From the human T2T-CHM13v2.0 reference genome, Homo sapiens: a stretch of DNA of 64,000 bases. The stretch's first letter is position 1, and each line of letters begins with the position of its first letter. Shown piece by piece: positions 1 through 17,800 of this stretch. Position numbers and translations under genes: made by a program. Below the pieces are notes generated by a model. That model searched no databases. It was not told where the DNA came from and saw only the letters and a program-made list of their open reading frames with translations. The stretch lies in the NCBI RefSeq assembly GCF_009914755.1, contig NC_060930.1. The stretch is one strand, 5' to 3'.

Positions 1-104
1 GAATGGCCTAAGTTACAGTTTAGTTAGAAATACACTAAATACATTAACTTATTCCTGAAGAACAGATCTCATTAGCTACTTTCATACTGCCAATAGAAAT
101 GAGT

Positions 105-320
105 AATAATAGTTAATATTTATTGAGTAAATACTTGTAATATATATTTTATATACATTAAGTCTATTCCTCAAAGTTCTAATTTGATTTTATTATTCAC
201 ATTATCAAGAAATAGAGTCAAAGAGGTAAAACTATTATCTAAACATACACAGCTAGTAAGTAACAGAGCCATGATTTAAGCCAGGCCTGCCTGCCTTCAA
301 GCCAGGAATGAACCACTACA
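105..320 (-). mobile_element. MIR SINE fragment
   Basis: acacagctagtaagtaacagagccatgatttaagccagg matches the reverse-complemented MIR core. Confidence 0.6.
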
Positions 321-429
321 TTACACTCATTCATTAGAGGAAAATTAACCACTAATGTATTTTTTTTAACCATCGCATGGTTAAAAATTAGAGGAAAATT
401 AACTACACATGTGATTTTTTAACCATCAT

Positions 430-2510
430 ATTTATTTTTAAGTGTACGGTTTAGTAGTACTAAGTATATTCATATTATTATGCAACAGATCTCTAGAACT
501 ATTTAATCTTGCAACACTGAAACTTTACAGCCATTAAATACCAGTTCACCTTCTTCCCTTTCCCCAGTCCTTGATAACCACCTTTCTACTTTTGGTTGCT
601 ATGATTTTGGCTACTTTAAATACTTCATATGAGGGGAATCAAAGAGCATTTCTCTAGCTTATTTTATTTAGCATAATGACCTTAAGATTAATCCATGTTG
701 TAGGACATGACAGAATTTTTTTCCTTTTTTAAGACCACGTAGTATTCCATTGCATGTGTATACCACATTTTCTTTATCCATCATCTGTCAATGGACATTT
801 GGATTTCTTTCACCTCTTGGCTATTGTGAATACTACTACAATGAAAATTGATATTTAAATATGTCATAGAGATTCTGTTTTTAATTATTTCAGATATATA
901 CCTAGAAGTGCAGTTACTGGGTCATATGGTGATTGTATTTTAAATTTTTTGAGGAATCTTCATGCTGCTTTCCATAAGAGTTGCACTATTTTTCATTCTT
1001 ACCAAAAGTGCACAAGGGTTCCAAATTCTCTCCATCTTCTCCAACATTTGTTATTTTCTGTTCTTTTGAGAGTGGTAATCCTCTTGGGTGTGAAGTCATA
1101 TCTCATTGTGGTTTTGATCTGCGTTTATTAATGATGCTGAGCATCTTTTCCTGCACTTATTGGCCATTTTTATATCTTCTTTAGAGAAATGTCTATTGGG
1201 GGAACCCACCCCCAATAATTTAACGTGAGTCCTTTTCTATTTTCCCTAAGTGTTGGCCAGTCTGAGAAATAAAGGAAAAGAGTACAAAAGAGAGAAATTT
1301 TAAAGCTGGGTGTCTGGGGGAGACATCACATGTCGGCAGGTTCCGTGATGCCCCCTGAGCCATAAAACCAGCAAGTTTTTATTAGTGATTTTCAAAAGGG
1401 GAGGGAGTGCACAAATAGGGTGTGGGTCACAGAGATCACATGCTTCAAGGGTGACAAAAGATCACAAGGCAGAAGGTCAGGGCAAAACTAGAATCACTAA
1501 TGAACTTCCATTTCCTGCTGTGCATGCACTGTCAGGGTTCAAGAGCAGAGAACGGGTCTGACTAGAATTCGCCAGGCTGGAATTTCCTAATCCTAGCAAG
1601 CCTGGGGCCACTGCATGACACTAGGGTGTGTTTCATCCCTATCTACATCTGCATAAGGCAGGCACTCCTAGGGCGGCCATTTTAAAGGCCCTGCCCTGGG
1701 AATGCATTCCTTTCCCAGGGCTGTTAATTACTAATATTCCTTACTGGGGAAAGAATTCAGCCATATTTCTCTTACCTGTTTTCGGTAATAAGAGAAATAT
1801 GGCTCTGTCCCGCCCGGCACACAGGCAGCCAGACTTTAAGGTTATCTCCCTTGTTCCCTGAAAATCGCTGTTATCTTGTTCTTTTTTCAAGGTGCCCAGA
1901 TTTCATATTGTTTAAACAGTTTGTGCAGTTAACGCAATCATCACAGGGTCCTGAGGTGACATACATCCTCAGCTTACAAAGATGACGGGATTAAGAGATT
2001 AAAGGCAGGCATAGGAAATCACAAGAGTATTGATTGGAGAAGTGATAAATGTCCATGAAATCTTCACAATTTATGTTCAGAGACTGCAGTAAAGACAGGC
2101 GTTAAGAAATTATAAAAGTATTAATTTGGGGAACTAATAAATGTCCATAAAATCTTCACAATTTATGTTCTTCTGCCATGGCTTCAGCCAGTCCCTCTGT
2201 TCGGGGTCCCTGACTTCCCACAACAAATGTCTCTTCAAGTTGTTTGCCAATTTTTTAAATAGGGTTATTTGGTTTTTTTCACTGTTGAGTTGTAGAATTT
2301 CCTTATATATTCTAGACATTAACCCTTTACCTGGTATATGACTTCCAATTATTTTCTCCCATCCCATAGGTTGCCTTTGAATCCTATCGAATGTTTCTTT
2401 GATGGGTAGAAGTTTTTAAGTTGGATGTCACTGCATTTGTGTATTTTGGATTTTATTACCTGTGCTTTTGGTGTTATATCCAAGAAATCATTACCAAGAC
2501 CAATGTCATC
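430..2510 (-). mobile_element. Old L1 (L1MA/MB-type) 3' end and ORF2 C-terminus, split by a MER11 LTR
   Basis: There is an antisense L1 3'UTR, and ORF2-like peptides appear in ORFs 2134-2367 and 2349-2564 (GNDFLDITPKAQ). The L1 sequence is collinear across the insertion. Confidence 0.85.
1194..2225 (-). mobile_element. MER11 (HERV-K11/HML-8) solo LTR
   Basis: The minus strand starts TGTTGTGGGAAGTCAGGGACCCCGAAC, the MER11 5' end. The 6-bp TSD aatgtc lies at 1188-1193 and 2226-2231. Confidence 0.9.
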
Positions 2511-4459
2511 AGGTGTGAAAGCCCTCTGTGTAATCTCCATATGCCAATTCCTATGATATAGCATGAAATAGGAAATGTTTTGAACATATACTTAGAGATT
2601 CTGAGATTTTTGTGACAGCTATTGGTTATAATTAGGATGTTATTATTTAGTGGGTCAGATCTACCAGTCCATATTGTCTGACATTCCTTTGAAGGCACGG
2701 ATTCATTAGATTATATAGGTGCATCTGTTATAGGATCTGTACTAGGGAAATCCAAACTGTAAAGCCTAAGATTAACTATTAATAGAAGAACTACAGCAGT
2801 ACTTTCTCAAATCCAACTCGTCTGTGAGGTCTTAGCTACCGGGAAAACACAGTGCTGGGAAGAGGTCTAGTGTCACAATCAATGTCAATGGTGAAGAAGA
2901 CCACTGCTTATGCACTAGAATTGGCCTAAGGAGGAAGGACCTTCTGTCATTGTCCCTTTGCAGAATGACAGCCCCTTTGTAAGTGTGACCAAGATCACTA
3001 AGAACTCGTCTGCAGTTTTGAGGATCTGAACATGCCTTATATTAACCTACTTAACAGATCAATAAAGAAAAAAGACTACTTGGGGAGGAAAGCAGAAGAT
3101 GGAGGCTGGAAGCCACGGAATAGAGATTTGGAAATACCAAAGTTAGAACAGAGAATTGTCAAGACAGAATTTAGAGATCATTCTGCATCTATACCATGGT
3201 TATTACCACCCTGGGTTCTCTGAATTTTTTATTTACATTGACGAAATGTTTTGCATTTCTCCTGCTATGCATAATTCTGACAATTTTTAACTCCTCCTTC
3301 CACATTGCATTGTACTTTTTAAAGTTGACTGTTACCAAAAAAGTCAAACTAAAAACCTATTCTGGTCATTTTGACATGTCAAACTAACACACGCGAGAGC
3401 TGTGTGTGTACCTTTCCACACTTCATTATATTCCAGCTGACAGTTCAAAATGAAAAACACTTGGGGACAAGTGTCATCTGAACATGCAGCCTGTGAGTTA
3501 CACTTTATTTGAAAGGGAAAGTGTGTCTTCGCCACATAAAAAATGTATTCATTTATTTATTCATGCTTTTAATTCAACAAATTTTTGTTGTGTTCCATTG
3601 TATTCCAGGTACTTTTCTTGGTATAGACAAGAGAAGGGTGAATTATAGAGTCCACAATCTTGCCTTCAGTTGCCAGTTCAAGAATGCCCTATCATTTTCT
3701 CACAATATTTGTTTCATTCTGGTCTGACTACTTATGCAACATTAAAATACAAGGTGAAGAGAATTCAACACACCATTTTTATGCACAGGTAATCCTCCTT
3801 GGTTTGTGGCAGCAAACTAAAATAGCTTTTTTTTGGTTGTTTGTTCAACTGTTTGAGTAATAAGGAGGGCAAAATTTTTTTCAGGAAGAGTTTTAGAAAC
3901 TATACATATTGCTGACAGAGAAAAGTGGGGAGTAGCACTGGTCAATGCAGATTAACCATGCTATCAGATGCAAGTACTTACATGAAAGTGGACAAGAAAA
4001 CTTCTCATCCCAGTGACCGAAAATAAGCTCAAACCAGGAATCTAGACTGTGCCAGCCAGGTAGTCTGCACCTTGTCACTTCATTCGGGTACATATAAGCT
4101 TCTTGACACCTGTTTGTAATTGGTCAAAACTCACATGCCCTGTTTCCCATATGCTCGGGAAGAAAGTAGAAGTTGTAATAGATTATTTTATATTATCTTT
4201 ACCCTAGAGGTTCTGAAAACAGGCAAATTTACCAAAAGTCAATTCAACAAATGATTAATTAACTACTGAGTCTAAACTGACCAGTTTAAGAGATTTTGTC
4301 ACGACCAGGCCTGCCCTAAAAGAGCTCCTGAAGGAAGCACTAAATATGGAAAGGAACAACTGGTACCAGCCGCTGCAAAATCATGCCAAAATGTAAAGAC
4401 AATCAAGACTAGGAAGAAACTGCATCAACTAACGAGCAAAATCACCAGCTAACATCATA

Positions 4460-8287
<3,828 letters not shown>

Positions 8288-9199
8288 ACAATGAGAACAC
8301 ATGGACAGAGGAAGGGGAACATCACACTCTGGGGACTGTTGTGGGGTGGGGGGAGGGGGGAGGGATAGTATTAGGAGATATACCTAATGCTAAATGACGA
8401 GTTAATGGGTGCAGCGCACCAGCATGGCACATGTATACATATGTAACTAACCTGCACATTGTGCATATGTACCCTAAAACTTAAAGTATAATAATAATAA
8501 AAAAAAAACCTAAAAAAAAAAAAGAAGAAACATCATGCCAAGGAATGTTCACTTTATCTCTGACCTAGCTTCTTGCAGCTATGGATGGGAAGAGTTGGGG
8601 TAGAAACAGAGCACTCTATCTGCTGAAACAAAGATGGAAGGGGAGTCAGATACAACGTGGTCTCAGCTGCCCACAGAAGAGCGCTTAAGGTCTAAGGTGC
8701 AGAGGGAGAAACATTGAAGGGCTTTTAGCAAACGAGCATTCCGTGAATGTATCTGGACCTGTAGCATTGAGCCATTGAGTTACAATCATTCAGTTTACTG
8801 GAGCTGACACAATGTAGTATCTAAATCTTTTAAATACATCTATTCCTATACAAGTGTGTCATAATGTACATAGTTCATTTCTGCCTATCAGGGCATAGAG
8901 TGCCCATGAACTAATTAGGTGACAATTTCAGAGAATAAAAATTGCTTAGCTATATATTAATTACATACATTTTAGAATATTTTTCTTTACCTGGTAAATA
9001 ATATTTAGCCTTTACCAAGGAACATTGTAAAGAAGATTGTGGAAATTTCTACAGTCAAATGATTTAGAAAGTAGAAAATCTTTGATTATCTCATACATAG
9101 TCCCTAGACAATGAATATACTCATAATATTCTCATCAAAACCTGTCTTTAAATTATTTTAATCTAAATTAATTTTCCTAAGTAATAAATGACAGCAGCT

Positions 9200-11150
9200 A
9201 AAACTTATAAGGCTATTTGGAACTATTAAGTCAATGATTAAGAAGACATAAAGACCCTCAAAAACTAATTAACTTGACTATCAGTCTTTTAGATTTGTGT
9301 ACTGCTTCCAGGATTATAACAAGCTTAAATAAATCTAACTAACACTTAAATTGTGATTTCTTGTTCTCTGCATATTTTAAAGAAAAATGTAAAGAGCCTG
9401 GAGATCTTTTGTACTATTTAGATAAAGGGTTTAGAATTTAAGAATCTATCTGATATCAATGGAAGCTTTATCTGAGGAATGCTACAAGACCAAACACTTA
9501 GAGAGTCATGGATGGGACTCACAGCTTTTCCCTAATGCCAATGTCCATAGTAGTCATTTACAAATGTTTAGGGAAAGGTAAATTTTGTAGAAGATGATCT
9601 AGAAAAAAAAAAGAGAAGCTTACTCTGTCCATCACACTGGAAACATAAAATGATGTGGTAAATTTATTTAAAATAAAACCTGGTAAGATAAAATAACAAA
9701 ACAGTTAAGATCTAATGATGATACCAACTTACAGAACAAACCAGAAAATAAAAGATAAAAGAATGTCTTAGATCTAGACACTAGCCACATCAAATGACTT
9801 CTACATGGCTTATGAGTAGATGTTCAATAAAAAGAATTCAAACTTTCTAAAAATAGAAGTAAATAGTTATAAAATTTCTTAATGGGGAACAATTATTTGT
9901 CAAATTTGTTATTTAAATGTCAAAAAATTATAAAAGACTTCATGTAATTTTTAAATAACTATTTTAAAATCAAAACATAAATTTAAAAGGCTAGCAGAAA
10001 ATAGAGAAAATATCTGTTAAAATTACGGCAAAAGGGTTAATACTGTTAATATATATAAAACTCATATAACTGATTAAGACAAACATTTGAATGCTCTGTG
10101 GAAAGGAAGGCAAAAAGACACTTAAAAAGCAATTCACAGGCCAGATGCAGTGGCTCACACCTGTAACCCCAGCACTTTGGGAGGCCGAGGTGGGTGGATC
10201 ACCTGAGGTCAGGAGTTCGAGACCAGCCTGACCAAGACGGTGAAACCGCATCTCTACTGAAAAAAAAAATACAAAAATTAGCTGGATGTGGTGGCAGGTG
10301 CCTGTAATCCCAGCTACTGGGGAGGCTGAGGCAGGAGAATCGCTTGAACCCAGGAGGCAGAGGTTGCAGTGAGCCAAGATAACCTGGGTGACAAAGTGAG
10401 ACTCCATCTCAAAAAAATAAATAAAAGGCAATTCACAGAAAAGGAAATATGAATGAATAATGAACATAGTAAGAATGTTTAGTGATGAGTAAACAAAAAC
10501 TAACATTTATAAAAAGATGAGATTTCATTTCTTCTATTAAATTTTTAAAAAGTTAAGACATGACATGAACATTATTTTAAAACTTCCTTCATTCACTACT
10601 GTGGAAAAATAAATCCATACTACTTTCCTAGAAAACAAGTTTGCAATAGTTGTCAAATGTCTTAGAAATATCAAACCCTCTAAACCTGTATTTCTGGGTC
10701 TCTGGGATTCTATTCAAATAATACTTTAAAATGTAGACAAGCACCTGTGTCTTAGGATGTTCATTAGAATTATTTATAAGATGTACAAAAATGTAAAGCA
10801 ATCTATTTTCCAGCAATAAAGAAATGTGTATTTTATATTGCTTCTACAGTATACTTTGTACAATATAAAATATTGTGTATGCGATAAGTGTTCATAAAAT
10901 TAGTAAAGAATTATAAAAATATGTATCATATAATATTAAGTTTAAAATCAACATATGAAGTTGTTTTTGTAGAATATAATTCCAACTTTGTAAAAAAAAT
11001 ATAAAATGGGAAAACAGTTTAAATAAAAGCTCCTAAAAAATTATCAGTGCTTTATCTAGATGAGATTATTGGTGTTTTTAAATTTATTCTTTGAATTTTT
11101 TCTGCAGTTTCAATATTTTTCATAAATCAGAAATTCTTTGTAGAATAAGA
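9200..11150 (+). mobile_element. Highly degraded old L1M (L1ME-like) interrupted by an Alu
   Basis: A-rich degenerate ORF2 and 3' motifs (aaagggttaatactgttaatatat; aaaacaagtttgcaatagttgtcaaa). Boundaries are approximate. Confidence 0.55.
10139..10422 (+). mobile_element. AluS with a short right-arm deletion
   Basis: Dimeric Alu with a 15-bp TSD aaaa(a/g)gcaattcaca at 10124-10138 and 10423-10437. Confidence 0.95.
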
Positions 11151-12879
11151 AAAATTACTAAAAATATTAATGCTTTTTAAAAACTGTAAAATCAAGTCCA
11201 AATGATTACATGTAGCACAGAGGTGAGAAACTGGTATCCCAGTCAACTTGCCTTTCAGAACCATGGAGAGTGAGAATTTTTTTAGTAGAAATCCTTTAGC
11301 ATCTAATTACTGAAGCTCTTGGAGGAATCAGATCCAAACAAGCAAACTTAACAGGGACCAAGCTGGAGCCTGCACAGCTAGTCCTCATAATGTGGAGCTT
11401 CTGGGGCCAAGAGGTAGACACATCCTTTATCAACTGCCAGCACAACAGACTTGGTCTCCTTTGTATTCCTATCATGCTAGCCATGTTAACATTGCCATGT
11501 TGACAGCACTAATCCAGAAGTCCAGAACGACTTACAGTTGTTGCTCTAATATATTGATTAAGGATGCTAACCTAAATCAGTCAAACATGCAGAAATCCAC
11601 ACTGGCATTTTCCACTAAGATGAGTTCTTATGACTTCTGTGTCTCTTGGACTATTATTATGCCAGAGCAAAACCCCACCTCAATGACCAGATGCATCTGC
11701 TGGGGACCATGCTGGCTTCATAGAGGAACTGGGCTGCCCAGCATGCCATCATTTCAGAGAAAGACACTTTGCAAACAGCAGTAAACAGAGACTTTTCAGC
11801 TGATATACTGGAGGGACTTATTTATTCGGATGGAAAAAAACAGATATTTTTCCTGTAGGAGATTACTGTCATTTTATCAACATCTGAAGGAACCTTAAGA
11901 GCATCTGCTTCTAAAATATAAGAAAACCCTGCTTGGGGTAACTAAGCATGCCTAGTTTAGACAGAACAGGTTAAGCATGGAAAACAACGAGGACTAGGTT
12001 GAGAGAGTGAACAAAATTTGTTTATTTCTCCTAAATTATTCCAAGTTCATTCTCTATGATGGCCAGGCAGACCATCTATCTTTGTTTTGTCCCTAAATTA
12101 TTTCTCCATCCATTACAGAGCTTCCCACTCTTCCTACCCATAATTACCTGTGGGGTAATCTTTCTATTTTAATTCAAATACCCATTTACTTTAGGTAGCA
12201 AAACATTAAGTCATAGTTATTTGGTGCATAAATTCTGTGCTCACTTTTTTTTTAACTTTACAAATAATTTAGATAATAAAGTTGTAGACCTCAGACAATG
12301 AAGAGTATGACTGTAAACATTCATTTTGTTTTAAGTGAAAAGGGTTATATTGATGTGGGAATAAATGATACAAAACATTATCTGATAATATTTTTAATCT
12401 CAGAAAAGTCTAAACTACACGTCATGCTATTTTATTTTTTTAACTTCTCTGGTCATTTTAAATTATAGAGTAATTATTATTCATGTAGATCCTGTTATAA
12501 AAATCTACACATACATGTTATTTTCATCATGCTACACACACACACAAACGCCTAAAATCTAGCAAATGAACATCTTTGCCTAGGGCCACATGACAAGTTT
12601 ATGGTCAAATGAAAACTGAGTGATCAGAGAAGACTTTCTGCCCTTCCCTAAGACAGTAAGTGCTCTGGAAAGATGACATACAGTGCTTATGACATGTCAA
12701 AATATAAACCAAGCCTGTGCCTAAACAACACACATCCCCTGGAGAATTAGGCAATTTTACAACAGCTATGTTAGTGACCTAAGGGCCGCATCAGAGAATG
12801 ATCAGTCTACTGAAGGAAGACTTGAGGAGTGAGTTCACCTCGCATTTCATAAAAAATAACGACTATCATATGTGTACTC

Positions 12880-13530
12880 CCTAGGCACCCAGCCACAAAC
12901 CTCCAAGCAGCTGCGTTCACCCTTACCTTTTTTCCTTATCACATCAAGAGACAAAATCTTCTTCCAAAATCTGAGGTTTGTCTCCATCTGAGTTCTACCT
13001 CATGTCTTCAGAGACTTCCCTCAAATATACTCCCTTGCTTAACTATTTACAATATTTCCGTAAATTTTCATCTCTGCATAGACATATGTTCAAACCACGC
13101 CCATATTTAAAAATCATTTTCTATTTATAGCATAACTGTATTTTTAAAAAGTCACAAAGTACCAACTCTACATCCACATCCTTGGCTCAGTTAGCCCACT
13201 GCAATTTAGTCTCTACCAAATGGCAATGAAGCTTAAGGTTTCATCCATATATATCTATCATCTATATTGATTTCCCTGAGCTCTGCACTTACTTATCCAA
13301 CTTCTCATAACATATTTTCCCTTGGCAATGTCAAAGATAGCTCAACATGAAAGGAAAGTGAGTTAACTTATTATCCATCTTCTGTAATTGTTCATTTTCA
13401 ATCTAATCCATGCCTCTGAGGATTCTACAGCCATTCCTCACCTGCTCAACTCCAAATCTTGAGACTATACTAATTACCATCCTGTCCTTTACCTTCAACT
13501 TCCAATCAGCCCACAAGTTATGTTCTGCTC
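12880..13530 (+). mobile_element. L2 fragment, continuing at about 16212-16790 beyond the L1 insertion
   Basis: ttccctgagctctgcacttacttatccaac...ctcaacatg resembles L2. An L2 3' region resumes after 16212. Confidence 0.6.
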
Positions 13531-13539
13531 ATTAATTAT

Positions 13540-16211
13540 TTTTTTGTTTTGTTTTTCTTTATTTCTTCTGAAAAATATGGGAAACGTGCAGAACATGCAG
13601 GTTTGTTACTAAGGTATAAGTGTGCCACGGTGGTTTGCTGCACCTATTGACCTGTCCTCTAAGTTTCCTTCCCTCTCCCCCAACCCCCCAACAGGCCCTG
13701 GTGTCTGTTGTTCCCCTCCCTGTGTCCATGTGTTCTCAGTGTTCAACTCCCACTTATGAGTGAGAACATGCAGTGTTTGGTTTTCTGTTCCTGTGTTAGT
13801 TTGCTGAGGATGATGGCTTCCAGCTTCATCCATGTCCCTGAAAAGGACATGATCTCATTCCTTTTTATGGCTGCAGAGTATTCCATGGTGCATATGTACC
13901 ACACTTTCTTCATCCAGTCTATCACTGATGGGCATTTGGTTGGTTCCATGTCTTTGCTATTGTAAATAGTGCTGCAATAAACATACATGTGCATGTGTTT
14001 TTATAGTGGAATGATTTATATTTTGGGGGATATATACCCACTAATGGGATTGCTGGGTCAAATGGTATTTCTGGTTCTAGATCATTGAGGAATAACCACA
14101 CTGTCTTCCACAATGGTTGAACTAATTTACTTTCCCACCAACAGCATAAAAGCATTCCTATTCCTCCACAGCCTTGCCAGCAACTATTGTTTCTTGACTT
14201 TTTAATAATGACAATTGTGACTGGCATGAGATGGTATCTCATTGTGGTTTTGATTTGCATTTCTCTGATGATCAATGATGTTGAGCTGTTTTTCATGTTT
14301 TTGCGGGCCACATGTATGTCTTTTTTTGAAAATTGTCTTTTCATATCCTTTGCCCACTTTTTAATGGGGTTGTTTTTTTCTTGTAAATTTGCTTAAGTTC
14401 CTTATAGATTCTGGATATTAGACCTTTGTCAGAGGGGTAAACTGCAAAATTTTTCTCACATTCTGTAGGTTGCCTGTTCACTCTAATGATAGTTTCTTTT
14501 GCTATGCAGAAGCTCTTTAGTTTAATTAGATCCCATTTGTCAATTTTGGATTTTGTTGCAATTGTTTTTGGCATTTTCGTCATGAAGTCTTTGCCCATGC
14601 CTATGTCCTGAATTGTATTGCCTAGGTTTTCTTCTAGGGTTTTTATGGTTTTGGCTTTTACATTTAAGTCTTTAATCCATCTTGAGTTAATTTTTGTATA
14701 AGGTGTAAGGAAGAAGTTGAATCCCAAAATAGATCAAAAACAAGTTCTGAAATTGAGGCAGTAATTAGTAGCCTACCAACCAATAAAAGCCCAGGACCAG
14801 ACAGATTCACAGCTGAATTCTAGCTGAAATACAAAGAGGAGCTGGTACCATTCCTTCTGAAAATATTCCAAACAATTGAAAAGGAGGGACTCCTCCCTAA
14901 CTCATTTTATGAACTAGCATCATCCTAATACCATAACCGGGAAGAGACAAAACAAAAAAAAAGGAAACTTCAGGCCAATATCCCTGATGAACATTGATGC
15001 AAAAATCCTCAGTAAAATACTGGCAAACTGAATCTGGCAGCGCATTAAAAAACTTATCCACTATAATCAATCAGCTTCATCCCTGGGATGGGAGGCTGGT
15101 TCAACATATGCAAATCAATAAACATAATCCATAAACAAAACCAAAGACAAAAATCACATGATTATCTCAATAGATGCAGAAAATGCCTTTGATAAAATTC
15201 AACATGCCTTCATGTTAAAAACTCTCAATAAACTAGGTATTGATGGAACATATCTCAAAATAATAAGAGCTATTTATGACAAACCCACAGCCAATATCAT
15301 ATTGAATGGGCAAAAGCTGGAAGCATTCCCTTTGAAAACCAGTACAAGACAAGGATGCCCTCTCTCACCACTCCTATTCAACATAGTATTGGAAGTTCTG
15401 GCCAGGGCAATCAGGCAAGAGAAAGAAATAAAGGGTATTCAAATAGGAAAAGGGGAAGTAAAATTGTCTCTGTTTGCAGATGACATGACTTTGTATTTAG
15501 AAAGCCCCATTGTCTTAACCCAAAAACTTAAACTGATAACCAGCTTCAGCAAAGTCTCAGGATATGAAAACAACGTGCAAAAATCACAAGCATTCCTTTA
15601 CACCAACAATAGACAAGCAGAGAGCCAAATCATAACAAAATCCCATTCACAATTGCTAGAAAGAGAATAAAATACCTAGGAATACTGCTAACAAGGGATG
15701 TGAAGGACCTCTTCAAGGGGAACTACAAACCACTGCTCAAGGAAATAAGAGAGGACACAAACAAATGGAAAAACATTCCATCCTCATGGACAGAAAGAAT
15801 CAATATCATGGAAATGCCCATACTGCTCAAAGTAACGTATAGATTTAATGCTATTCCCATCAAACTACCATTTACATTCTTCACAGAATTAGAAAAAAAG
15901 ACTTTAAATTTCATATGGAATCAAAGAAGACCCCATAGAGCCAAGACAATTCTAAGCAAAAAGAGCAAAGCTGAAGGCATCATGCTACCTGACTTGAAAC
16001 TATATTACAAGGCTACAGTAATCAAAGCAGCATGGTACTGGTACCAAAACAGACATATAGACCAATGGAACAGAACAGAGACTTCAGAAATAACACCACA
16101 CATCTACAGCCATCTGATCTTCAACAAACCTGACAAAAATAAGCAATGGGGAAAGAATCTCCTATTCAATAAATGGTGCTGGGAAAACTGGCTAGCCATA
16201 TGCAGAAAACT
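13540..16211 (-). mobile_element. L1PA8-like element with 5' inversion (13540-14713 minus, 14708-16211 plus)
   Basis: The 3'UTR and ORF2 C-terminus are antisense, while RT-containing ORF2 pieces are sense (LSLFADD in ORF 15158-15670). The junction has aggaag microhomology. Confidence 0.92.
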
Positions 16212-16794
16212 ATTTCTTAAATATATGCTTCCCATGTTTAGTGATATTCTCTTTAAAATTTTTGACACTCCTTGCCTAGATTATCAAATGGCTTTCTAAT
16301 TAGATTTTCCTACTTCCAACCTGGGCACTGTTAAACCCACCTTTTCTTCTACTATCAGAGTGATTTTCCTAAAGTTAAATGTTAATGTTAAATCCTTTAA
16401 TGTTTTCACTTTACCATTAGAACAAAGTCAAACTCCATAGCATGATGTCAAGTCTTTTATCATCTGGTCCTTGAATACATTTCCAACTTTAACTCCGCTA
16501 ACTGCCATCTCCCTATATCCTGCACACCAGCCATGTCAAAATACATTTGATTTGCCAAATACATCACACTTTTGAAGGACATAAGGTTTTATATATCTTC
16601 CCATTGCCTGCAAACCTGTTTCTCTCTGTTTTTTATCTAGCTAAATGATATTAAGCCTTCAATGATTACTTAAGTATCATATTTCCACTGAAATCTTCAC
16701 CTATTGCCCACATCCTCCACCAGAGCTGTGTTGTTTCCTTTTCTCAATGCTCCTAGAGATCCCTGTGTTGATCTCTTTCTGGCACTTTGCTAAA

Positions 16795-17800
16795 AATGGT
16801 GGTGAGAACACTTAACATGAGATCTATTCTCTTAACAAAATATTAAGTGCACAATACAATATTGGTAACTATACATCCAATGTTGTACTGCAGATCTCTG
16901 GAACTTAATCATCATTTGTAATCAAAATTTTTACCCTTTGAATGGCAACTCCATATTTACCCTTCTCCTCATCCCCTGGAAATCATCATTCTGCTTTCTG
17001 CTTCTATGAGTCTGACTTATTTAGATACTTCATATACGTGGAATCATGCAGTATTTGACACTATGTGACTGGCTTATTTCACTTAGCATAATGTCCTTAA
17101 GGTTTATACACATGTATTCACATTGTTACATATCACAGGACTTCTTTCTTTTTTATGATAATATTCCATTGAATGTATGTACCACATAATATATTCATCA
17201 ACTGATGGATATTTAGGCTGTTTCCATGTCTTGCCTATTGTGAACAGTGCGGCAATGAACACAGAATGCTAAAGTCTCCTTGAAGTTCTGATTTCAATTC
17301 TTTCGGGTAAATACCCAGAAGTGGAATTGCTAGAATATACTGCAATGCTGCAGTAATTAAAACAGAATGGTACTGGCATAAAGACAGATATAGACCAATG
17401 TTACAGACTAGAGAGCCCAGAAACAAATCTATACATATACAGTGAACTAATCTTCAACAAGGATGCCAAGAAAACACAATGGGGAAAGGACAGTCTCTTC
17501 TACAAATGGCACTGGGAAAACTGAATATTCACATGCAAAAGAATGAGAATAGAACTTTATCTTACACCATTTGTTAATACAAAAATCAACTCAAAATGGA
17601 TTAAATACCTAAACAAAAGATCTGAAACTGTAAAATTCCTAGAAGAAAACATAGGGGAATATCTTCATGACATTGATCTTGGCAATGATTTCATGGATAA
17701 GACACCAAAAGTACAGAAAGTAAAAGTGAAAATAGACAAGTGGGACTACATCAAACTAAAAAGCTTCTACACAGCAAAGGAAATAATCAACAGAATAAAA
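16795..17800 (-). mobile_element. L1MA-type element with inversion (3' end minus to about 17333, ORF2 piece plus to about 17800)
   Basis: An antisense L1MA9-like 3' end is followed by sense ORF2 (ORF 17543-17860, KIDKWDYIKLKSF). Confidence 0.8.

Noticed and set aside
9991-10506. 171-aa ORF and similar ORFs at 27056, 39491, 50512 and 57045
   Set aside because: These are typical Alu-derived translations.
11296-11784. 130-aa ORF and a DASG-like motif suggesting an old retroelement or exon
   Set aside because: Only one short motif is present, with no collinear support, so I left it unassigned.
12920-13020. Strong minus-strand donor (AAAG|gtaagg) as the next OFCC1 exon
   Set aside because: It lies at the edge of an L2 fragment with no matching acceptor or OFCC1-like peptide. 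The next exon is probably outside the window.
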